NCBI GenBank assembly: GCA_036339465.1
Contig: JAYZAY010000027.1
Location: forward strand, 1 to 38,733
Origin: Myxococcota bacterium
GTDB taxonomy: Bacteria; Myxococcota; XYA12-FULL-58-9; JABJBS01
Direction of reading: 5' to 3'
DNA: 38,733 nt
This document shows positions 30,572 to 37,878 of the stretch, in pieces. A program made the position numbers and the translations under genes. Position 1 is the stretch's first letter, and the number at the start of each line of letters is the position of its first letter. The notes under the pieces were generated by a model. That model ran no database searches, was not told where the DNA came from, and saw only the letters and a program-made list of their open reading frames with translations.

Positions 30572-30620
30572 AGTTCGTAATCACGAACTCTTATAAAAAA
30601 AAGGTTCGGAATCATGAACG
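30572..30620. promoter_or_regulatory. Tandem palindromic sites (putative upstream activator sequences)
   Basis: AGTTCGTAATCACGAACT (30572-30589) and GGTTCGGAATCATGAACG (30603-30620), 31-bp period, shared core GTTCG-N-AATCA-N-GAAC. Confidence 0.65.
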
Positions 30621-30728
30621 AGTTGGATGTTGAGCAAAAAACGTCCGAATTTGGTAACATTGTGCCCAACCTCCTAACTTTTCTTGGCTTCTCTTATTTT
30701 TTTCCACCCATGTAGTTCAAAAAGGATT

Positions 30729-30745
30729 TTGGCACGGAACCTGCT
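30729..30745 (+). promoter_or_regulatory. Sigma54 (-24/-12) promoter
   Basis: TTGGCACGGAACCTGCT compared with consensus YTGGCACG-N4-TTGCW. GG at 30731-30732 and GC at 30743-30744 are 10 nt apart. Confidence 0.85.
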
Positions 30746-30755
30746 TAGTCATAAT

Positions 30756-30986
30756 ATTGTGAGCGCTGGAAATAAACTCGCTAGCTCCCCCCGGGCAAAA
30801 GCGAAAGCTTAGAACCATCGTTCATTTACGCCAAGCTTGTTTGAGCGGCGCTTTTATGAAGGTTCCAATGGGCACTGTCACAATACTGCGGCAGGGAGCT
30901 GGAATAAGAGAAGTCTACAATCGTCTGTTATTCATCGTGAGTTTCAGACAAGCGTGTACCTACGCTGTAGATGTCGCTCAAACAAT
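30756..30986 (+). ncRNA. Candidate sigma54-transcribed multi-branched structured RNA (sRNA or long 5' leader), unassigned
   Basis: The closing stem starts at the predicted TSS and encloses nested helices including a GAAA tetraloop. No RBS-supported ORF. Confidence 0.6.
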
Positions 30987-31168
30987 GTTGGCCTAATACT
31001 TATCTGGTGGTCAAAGTCTAGCCTATTCCCAATATTTTTTAAGTCAGGAAGCGAAAATCAAAAAGAACATAGGGAATTATTAAGTTGAAAATCGGTGAAA
31101 GCAGAGTTACATATACCTGGGTATCGTACTGTTAGTTTTCTGCCAATCTAATCAATGGAGCTCAAAGG

Positions 31169-31486
31169 GTGTCAAAAGTTGTACATTTGTCCAATGATGC
31201 GCATGCGCAGGCGAAAGTTTTTTGCAAGGCGCGAGGATTGAAGATGAGTGATTGGGTTGGGTGCCTGATTCTTGAGGCGATTTCTTCGCAAACTCAAGAA
31301 GCAGTAGAGCCGGAGCCTGTTCCTGTTCTGGAGGTACCCGAGGCTCCCAGGAAGAAGAAACTTCCGGAGATGGACGATACGGTACAGTCGACTGATGATG
31401 GAACACCAGTCTACGCACAACCCCCATTTTGGGCAAAGCCAAAGTCCGAACCAGAAGAAAAAGAGATCGATGTATCAACCCTCTAG
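31169..31486 (+). CDS. Small protein with predicted ribbon-helix-helix N-terminus
   Basis: GTG start with GGAG at 31157-31160. SKVVHLS-NDAHAQAKVFCKARG-LKMSDWVGCLILEAI matches the beta-helix-G-x-x-S-helix RHH pattern, followed by a Pro/Glu-rich tail. Confidence 0.65.
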   Translation: MSKVVHLSNDAHAQAKVFCKARGLKMSDWVGCLILEAISSQTQEAVEPEPVPVLEVPEAPRKKKLPEMDDTVQSTDDGTPVYAQPPFWAKPKSEPEEKEIDVSTL

Positions 31487-31627
31487 GGGCCTCGATTTTT
31501 CTTGACTCTTAGCGAAGCATCAAGCATTAGCTAGCCGCCGCTTTAATAAGCGGCGTGTGGATTGTTTAAGACCCTCATGATTGAGTCTTTGGTTTTTAAG
31601 GATCTTGATAATCCCATCGCGAAAATT

Positions 31628-31716
31628 GCCGCCTTGGTGGAATTGGTAGACACAACGGACTTAAAATCCGTCGGGCTTAAACTCCCGTCCCGGTTCGACT
31701 CCGGGAGGCGGCACCA
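31628..31716 (+). tRNA. tRNA-Leu (anticodon TAA)
   Basis: Acceptor GCCGCCT/AGGCGGC, D-loop GGAATTGGTAGAC, anticodon arm ACGGA-CTTAAAA-TCCGT, long variable arm, GGTTCGACTCC and encoded CCA. Confidence 0.98.
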
Positions 31717-31747
31717 TGAATCTTTCCCTTTCGATATTTCACGGTTC

Positions 31748-33514
31748 TTAAGACTTGAGCATTTGTACCGCCCAGTTGGCGATGGTTTTGTCTTTTGAAT
31801 CAAGTGCTTCACGCGCTAATTCGGTGAGGCCTATATGGCTTGGTTTTTTTTCGAGTGCTTTTTTTGCGGCCTCGAGGCTTTGCTGTAGTTTGGGTAGGTC
31901 AGCGGTTTGTCGATGAATCTTGGCTTGAAGTAGAAAGTCGTTCCAATCGAAGGTAGGGTTTTCATCTCCCAGAGTATTTAAAGCATTGCTAAATTCTCGT
32001 ACCTCCATCTCTTGTATTGCGAGAGCCCGTCTGAGAGGTCGGTAAAATGGGTTTGCTCTAATCCCGTTTTTACGTAGTTGACGGGCTTCACTTAAGTTGT
32101 TTTTGGTTTCGTATAAATTTGAGAGTTTTTCAAAACTAAGGGGGAAAGCAGGAAATAGTCTCATCAGATGATGGAGAGCGGCGTCAAGATGACACGCATT
32201 GCGGGAATCCAAATGCGTGACATAGTCCCAGTGACCTCGAATGGATTGGGGATACCGTTCCAAGAAACTCTGGAAGTCATTATTTTGGAGTGTCTCGGGG
32301 GCGGCAAATTTTATTTCCACAAGATAGTCGCACCAGTAGTGATGGCCCGCTCCTTCCCTAATCAGTTGTAGAGCGGCTGGGGGAATGTTTTGTGGGGATT
32401 GGCTCAATCCCATGATGACCGATTTTTCGAGGTTTCCATAGGGCAGGGAGACAAACTCATTGGAGGTGGATTGGTTTGTTGGCGGTGGACTACCTCGTAA
32501 TTGACAGTATTGGTTTGCCCGTTGTTCAACGTTAAGGTTTTCGATTCTATGTTTCGCCACGTAGCTCCGACAGTTGGTTTGAATTTCGCGTCGTAAATTC
32601 GGATTCTCAATGAGTCGCTTAATTTGCTGGCTCAGTTCCGTGGGTGAACCATAGACAAATCCGGTTTTACCATTTTCTACCGCCATTTGATAGGGTGCAA
32701 GATCACTGACAATGGGTACGACTCCGTGGCCTGCATATTCAAGAAATTTAATGTCTGACCGGCATCGATTGAATTCCGTGTCCAAGAGGGGAGCAATACC
32801 GATATGGAGGGTGCTTAAGAAATCGTAATATTTTTCGAGTGAATTTTGCGGGGTGTATTTCCAGCGACCCTCGGGAAGCTCGCTCTTTAATATCGCTTTA
32901 AATGCCTCTGCTCCCATCAGTGAAAAGGTAAGCTCGGGTATTTCCAGCAATAGGTCCCGAATACAGGGTAGTATTGACAGTAAATCGTCTCGATGTCCCC
33001 ATGAACCTCCCCAACCAATGTTGATGCAAGATGAGTTGGTTGGACTTTGGGTTTTGGGTAGTTCTAAGAGATGATTGGGGAACACCACCTGATTGGGGTT
33101 AAGGTACCCGTATAGCTCTTGCAAATGGGGCATTGAGAATTGAAGCAGATTACTTTTGTGTGCCGCCCACTGGATGAGAGACTGATTTAACTCATTTTGG
33201 TAAAATGTGGTGGTTGGGTTCCAGTGCTGAACGTTGGTGAAGCTGTCGTTGATTTCGTAAATAAAAGGAAGATGATGGGTGATGCGATGTTGCAGGGCGG
33301 GAAGCATGTCGATGTCGATGGTATCGCAGAGCAGCAGCAGTTGGGAATTTCTTAAGGATTCAAGGGCGTGTGGATGTACCAGGGACTCATTGCTGATGCT
33401 GAATCCTCCCACCTTGGCCAGGGCTTTTCCCGGCTGACGAGTTCTGTAGATATGATCCCCTTGCTGGCTTACATGGGGGGGCTCCATCCAGAGCATTTGC
33501 GGCGCTTTTATCAT
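31748..33514 (-). CDS. GT-B (GT4-like) glycosyltransferase with C-terminal TPR-like region
   Basis: YEIND, IGWGGSWGH, IGIAPLLDTEFNRCRSDIKFLEYA, PIVSDLAPY, GKTGF, followed by helical repeats. Confidence 0.8.
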   Translation of the reverse strand: MIKAPQMLWMEPPHVSQQGDHIYRTRQPGKALAKVGGFSISNESLVHPHALESLRNSQLLLLCDTIDIDMLPALQHRITHHLPFIYEINDSFTNVQHWNPTTTFYQNELNQSLIQWAAHKSNLLQFSMPHLQELYGYLNPNQVVFPNHLLELPKTQSPTNSSCINIGWGGSWGHRDDLLSILPCIRDLLLEIPELTFSLMGAEAFKAILKSELPEGRWKYTPQNSLEKYYDFLSTLHIGIAPLLDTEFNRCRSDIKFLEYAGHGVVPIVSDLAPYQMAVENGKTGFVYGSPTELSQQIKRLIENPNLRREIQTNCRSYVAKHRIENLNVEQRANQYCQLRGSPPPTNQSTSNEFVSLPYGNLEKSVIMGLSQSPQNIPPAALQLIREGAGHHYWCDYLVEIKFAAPETLQNNDFQSFLERYPQSIRGHWDYVTHLDSRNACHLDAALHHLMRLFPAFPLSFEKLSNLYETKNNLSEARQLRKNGIRANPFYRPLRRALAIQEMEVREFSNALNTLGDENPTFDWNDFLLQAKIHRQTADLPKLQQSLEAAKKALEKKPSHIGLTELAREALDSKDKTIANWAVQMLKS

Positions 33515-33684
33515 GTATGAAACCTATACCATGGTTGCCTGACTGGCTCGATTTTATCTTGTTATTGAGGGGTATCAGGGGAGCTGGTTATGGGGGGCAT
33601 GGGGGTCATTCGATTTTTCCTTTATCGGCTTGCAATTTTCCAATGGACGACCTTATGAGGGCGATTTGCAAAATGGAGGGATCA

Positions 33685-35154
33685 ATGTTGAAAGAATTTG
33701 CGCCAATTGCCATCTTGCTGGCGGTGGTGACGTTAGTTTTCTGGCGGTTACCAAAGGTAGAGTTGGGACATACGGACGCCTTTAGGCGACGCCGAGTGAT
33801 GAACTGGCTCCCCCTCGGCCTGACCTATGCGTTTCTTTATATGGGGCGTTACAATCTTACGGTGAGTAAGAATGCTCTCGGCGATCTAATGTCGAATGCC
33901 GATTTTGGGACTATCTTTTTTTGGGGCACGCTGACTTATGGCTGCGCCTTTGTCATCAACGGGCCCTTAACTGACCGTTTTGGGGGTCGAAAGACCATTA
34001 TGTGGGCTGCCGTCGGCTCTGCCGTCATGAATGCTGCCATGGGATTTGTGACCATGGGCATTTTGAATGGCTCGATTGATGCCGGGACATCTTTGGTGCC
34101 GCTCTTTTCCATTCTCTATGCTCTCAACATGTATTTTCAAAGCTTTGGCGCGGTTTCTATTGTGAAAGTGAATGCTGCTTGGTTTCATGTTCGGGAACGA
34201 GGCGTTTTCGGGGGGATTTTCGGGATCCTGATTTCGCTGGGGGTCTATTTTGCCTTTGATGTGGGTCGAATGATTGTTGATGCGGCGCGAAGCAGCGTAC
34301 CGGAGGGAGCGGTCGCCCCGATCTGGTGGGTTTTCTTTGTCCCTGCCATTTTGCTCATGATTTTCTTTGTGATCGATTACTTTATGGTTCGTGATACCCC
34401 GGCGGATGCAGGACAACGGGATTTTGATACGGCCGATGCCTCATCGGGTGAGGATAGTAAGCAACTACCGGTCTTTGAGGTTGCTAAAAAGATGGTGACC
34501 AATCCTGTGATTGTGACGATTGGCTGTATCGAATTCTGCAGTGGGTTTTTGCGGAATGCAATTATGCATTGGTATATCATTTTTGCGAAGCAAACTGGGA
34601 TTATGGATACCTTTGTTCCCCAAAACTGGGGCATGTTGCTCTGCTGTGCAGGAATCATGGGTGGGGTTTTTGCGGGGGTTATTTCAGATCGGGTCTTCCA
34701 GTCACGGCGTGGCCCTGTCGCTGCGATCCTTTACGCCGGAATGGTACTTGGGGCTGCGGGTTTGGTTGGTGTTTTGACGAGCCCTTACGTGGGTGCACTC
34801 GTCATTTTTATGTCACTATGTATTATTGGGGTTCACGGGATGCTTTCGGGAACCGCCTCCATGGATTTTGGAGGGAAAAAGAATGTTGGTGTTGCGGTCG
34901 GTCTTATTGATGGTCTGGTGTATTTGGGTACCGCATTCCAATCGGTCCTTTACGGGAATATCTTACCAGAGGGTGATTTGGCAAAGGACCCAGCCAATTG
35001 GGGCTCTTGGCCCGTGGCCATGATTATTGTGTCTGTCGTGGGTTTGTTGTTTGCGACCAAGGTTTGGAATGCAAAACCACAGGGTAAGAAATCCGATCCA
35101 GGCACAGAAAAAAGTCAGGGTATGGCCACCAAGCCTGAACCGGTAGGTGCCTAG
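33685..35154 (+). CDS. MFS transporter, GlpT/UhpC (OPA)-like
   Basis: YAFLYMGRYNL, GPLTDRFGGR, WFHVRERG, RDTP, ISDRVF..RRGP. ATG at 33685 with RBS GGAGG. Confidence 0.88.
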   Translation: MLKEFAPIAILLAVVTLVFWRLPKVELGHTDAFRRRRVMNWLPLGLTYAFLYMGRYNLTVSKNALGDLMSNADFGTIFFWGTLTYGCAFVINGPLTDRFGGRKTIMWAAVGSAVMNAAMGFVTMGILNGSIDAGTSLVPLFSILYALNMYFQSFGAVSIVKVNAAWFHVRERGVFGGIFGILISLGVYFAFDVGRMIVDAARSSVPEGAVAPIWWVFFVPAILLMIFFVIDYFMVRDTPADAGQRDFDTADASSGEDSKQLPVFEVAKKMVTNPVIVTIGCIEFCSGFLRNAIMHWYIIFAKQTGIMDTFVPQNWGMLLCCAGIMGGVFAGVISDRVFQSRRGPVAAILYAGMVLGAAGLVGVLTSPYVGALVIFMSLCIIGVHGMLSGTASMDFGGKKNVGVAVGLIDGLVYLGTAFQSVLYGNILPEGDLAKDPANWGSWPVAMIIVSVVGLLFATKVWNAKPQGKKSDPGTEKSQGMATKPEPVGA

Positions 35155-35183
35155 ACAGGGTTCATAAGAAAAACTGGCATTGG

Positions 35184-35225
35184 AAAAGCCCGCTTGTGAA
35201 TTTTTGTTCGCGAGCGGGCTTTTTT
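35184..35225. terminator. Bidirectional Rho-independent terminator
   Basis: AAAAGCCCGCTTGTGAA-loop-TTCGCGAGCGGGCTTTTTT between convergent genes. Confidence 0.9.
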
Positions 35226-35249
35226 CGTTCTGATTCAGAAAGCCAGAAA

Positions 35250-37010
35250 CTAGAATTCGTCGATTTCAAAATCCATCATTGCTTTCTTGGTGCCTTCTAA
35301 TCTGCCGACGTAGGTATGAATCTCGGGCAAAACCTGCTGAAAGAAGAATCGAGCTGTTTTAACCTTGGTTCGGTAGAATTTACCTTCTTTGGTGAAGGCA
35401 TATTCGAGCTGTAGTCCCCACATAAACGCAAGGGCTGCCATGGCGAAAAGATTGAGATAACTTGAGGCACATGCGCCCGCTTCTTCTGGATCTTCGCTTC
35501 CTCGAGCTGAAAGTTGCATTGTTGCAGCATTGAGTTTCTTAGAGGCATCCTTAATGGGCTCGAGGAATTCAGCCATGGCTTCGTTTTCTTTGTTGCGGCG
35601 GATAAATTCCGTCACGCGACCGTTGTATAACTGAAAAAGTCGCCCCATACCCATGGGAAGTTTTCGTCCTACTAGGTCGAGGGCCTGGATGTGGTTGGTC
35701 CCCTCGTAAATCATCGCGATTCTCAAATCACGAAGGTATTGTTCGATGGACCAGTCGGTTGTGTAACCTGAGCCACCGCATGCTTGCATGGCATCACTGG
35801 TGTTTAAGAATCCTTTTTCAGTACAATAACTTTTAACCACCGGGGTTAGGAGGGCGACAATATCATCTGCTTCTTGTCGCTTTTCTTCGGAGGGGTGTTT
35901 TTGAGCAATATCTAAGTGAATACCCACATAGTAAGCTAGGGCTCGCATGGCTTCTGTCGATGATTTTACCGTGAGGAGCATTCTTCGAACGTCGGGATGA
36001 ACGAGGATGTTGTCGGCTGATGCGGTGGGATCTCGCTTGGTGGAATCCAAGGAACGACTTTGGCGCCTATCCCTCGCGAATGCTACCGCTGTTTGATAGG
36101 CGATTTCTCCTAGGGCAATACCTTCAAGGCCCACGCCAATCCGGGCGGTGTTCATCATGGTGAACATTGCGCGCATACCCTTGTGGGGCTCACCGATGAG
36201 GTATCCCACCGCGTTTTCGAGATTGATCACACAGGTAGGGGAACCGTGAATACCCATTTTGTGTTCGATGCCACCACAGTAGACAGGGTTTCGGCTCCCA
36301 TCATCCATGATTTTAGGGACCGCGAAAACGCTAATTCCTTTGATTCCCTCAGGGGCGTCAGGCAGACGTGCCAGTACGAGGTGGACGATGTTTTCAGTCA
36401 AGTCGTGCTCGCCGAAAGTAATCCAAATTTTTGTGCCTGTGAGTCGGTAGTGTTCTCCTTCTGGAATTGCCTTTGTGGACATGAGTCCTAGATCGGTGCC
36501 ACATTGGGGCTCGGTAAGGCACATGGTACCGGTCCATTGTCCGGTTATAAGTTTAGGCAAGAACCTATGTTGTTGTTCAGCAGTGCCGTGGTGAATTAAG
36601 CTCTCGACTAGCCCATTGGTTAGTCCTGGGGCCATGGAAAAGCTCTTATTGGTGGCGGTAACCATTTCATTGATGGCCATGCCGATGCACATGGGGGCGC
36701 CGCCTCCTTCATGGTCAGCGGAGTGTGCCATTCCGACCAATCCCGTTTCTACGAATTTGTCGAAGGCTTCTTTGAATCCCTCGGGGGTCTTAACCTCCTT
36801 GGTCTTTGGATCCCAAGTAACGCCCTGGTTATCCCCCACACGGTTGAGGGGTAAAAGTTCGTTGGTACAGAATTTTCCGCATTCTTCCATAAGTGCAGTG
36901 ACAGTGTCCAAGTCGAAACTATCGTAACCGGGAAGTTCGGTTAGCTTATTGTAATTGAATGCTTCGAAGAGGAAGCGGATATCATCGGTGGGAGCCCTAT
37001 ATATTTGCAT
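35250..37010 (-). CDS. Acyl-CoA dehydrogenase (long form with C-terminal extension)
   Basis: GTMCLTEPQCGTDLG, GTKIWIT, EHKMGIHGSPT, IYEGTNHIQALDL. Confidence 0.95.
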   Translation of the reverse strand: MQIYRAPTDDIRFLFEAFNYNKLTELPGYDSFDLDTVTALMEECGKFCTNELLPLNRVGDNQGVTWDPKTKEVKTPEGFKEAFDKFVETGLVGMAHSADHEGGGAPMCIGMAINEMVTATNKSFSMAPGLTNGLVESLIHHGTAEQQHRFLPKLITGQWTGTMCLTEPQCGTDLGLMSTKAIPEGEHYRLTGTKIWITFGEHDLTENIVHLVLARLPDAPEGIKGISVFAVPKIMDDGSRNPVYCGGIEHKMGIHGSPTCVINLENAVGYLIGEPHKGMRAMFTMMNTARIGVGLEGIALGEIAYQTAVAFARDRRQSRSLDSTKRDPTASADNILVHPDVRRMLLTVKSSTEAMRALAYYVGIHLDIAQKHPSEEKRQEADDIVALLTPVVKSYCTEKGFLNTSDAMQACGGSGYTTDWSIEQYLRDLRIAMIYEGTNHIQALDLVGRKLPMGMGRLFQLYNGRVTEFIRRNKENEAMAEFLEPIKDASKKLNAATMQLSARGSEDPEEAGACASSYLNLFAMAALAFMWGLQLEYAFTKEGKFYRTKVKTARFFFQQVLPEIHTYVGRLEGTKKAMMDFEIDEF

Positions 37011-37052
37011 GGTTCAACCTTTTCTCATGTGGTGTGTATTGGCCACGCCCAG

Positions 37053-37078
37053 ATAAAATGAAGCACGGTTCAGTTTAT
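37053..37078. promoter_or_regulatory. Imperfect 26-bp palindrome, candidate repressor operator for the acyl-CoA dehydrogenase
   Basis: ATAAAATGAAGCACGGTTCAGTTTAT, 10 of 12 outer positions complementary, ~42 bp upstream of the start codon. Confidence 0.45.
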
Positions 37079-37420
37079 GTCCGGAAACTCAATTTAGCAA
37101 GACAAGAAAGCGAATCTGGGTTTGAGTGCCAAACACCTCCGTGAGGATCCGAGTTTTTCCTAATATCTTATTATTTTGTCTGCCCTAACTCCATATCAAG
37201 CAGGTACGAAGGTTTTCTTAGGACCAGATAATTATATCTTTATTTCTACAATCAAAATAGTCTCTTGTGTTGTTATGTGTCGTATTATTCAACAAATACT
37301 ATGCCAACTGCCGAAGTTTATTCCAAAATAATGGGATCTTTGGTATCATAACCAAAGAAAGGACGCACGTGGAGGTGATATATACAAATTGATTCGTCGA
37401 TAGGGGGTATATCTCCACGG

Positions 37421-37723
37421 ATGATTCGGTCGAATTCAGGTTCGGGGGCCTTCGAGGAGCGCGTGAAACAGCGCATCGAAATTCGGGAGAAAGATGAACT
37501 CCAAGAAACACTTCGGAAGAAGGTGACTGAAGATTCTAGAAGGAGTGCCGCACCCGATTTACATATGCAGTTGATTAAGGAGAAGGCAGAAAAGGCGCCA
37601 GGGGTAGATTCCGACGCTTCCGGTGAGCGAAGGACTCGGGAGGCTGTTGGTTATGATGCCGCCGGTGAAGTTCGAAGTCCTTTGTCGCAGAGCTCCGGAC
37701 AGTTAATCAACCTAGAAGTGTGA
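37421..37723 (+). CDS. Small hydrophilic hypothetical protein
   Basis: 100-aa ORF filling the gap, charged, ending GYDAAG...GQLINLEV. Confidence 0.55.
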   Translation: MIRSNSGSGAFEERVKQRIEIREKDELQETLRKKVTEDSRRSAAPDLHMQLIKEKAEKAPGVDSDASGERRTREAVGYDAAGEVRSPLSQSSGQLINLEV

Positions 37724-37878
37724 GTTTTATGGGTGGTTTTTTTGTATGCTCGGTTTTGTCTCCTACCCTATCATGACGACGACCGCTAGGGGAGCTGTAT
37801 TCAGGCAGTGGTTTTCATTTTAAGTTTTCCGAGGCATGACTGTGGCGTTAACCCTCTTCTTTCGTTAGGTCAGCGGTT

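Noticed and set aside
30793..30810. GGGCAAAAGCGAAAGC resembling the start of a c-di-GMP-I riboswitch
   Set aside because: The stem is too short and the downstream GACGCAAA motif is missing.
30781..30902. Possible 6S RNA (GAACC/GGTTC helix, CCC/GGG ends)
   Set aside because: Only ~44 nt lie between GAACC and GGTTC, so there is no central bubble plus terminal stem. The overall fold is branched rather than rod-like.
30837..31088. 83-aa ORF inside the candidate RNA
   Set aside because: TTG start buried in a hairpin, no RBS and no protein-like motif. The nested base-pairing explains the region better.
31628..33514. tRNA-Leu as an integration site for a genomic island
   Set aside because: No integrase and no duplicated tRNA 3' end seen in the window.
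37106..37132. GAGTGCCAA as a second CIRCE
   Set aside because: Only the right half-site is present. The left arm 9 bp upstream (GAAAGCGAA) does not match.
37290..37307. Minus-strand TTGGCATAGTATTTGTT as a sigma54 promoter, and nearby GCCGAA as a sigma28 box
   Set aside because: The -12 element reads GT rather than GC, and the sigma28 spacing does not fit TAAA-N15-GCCGA.
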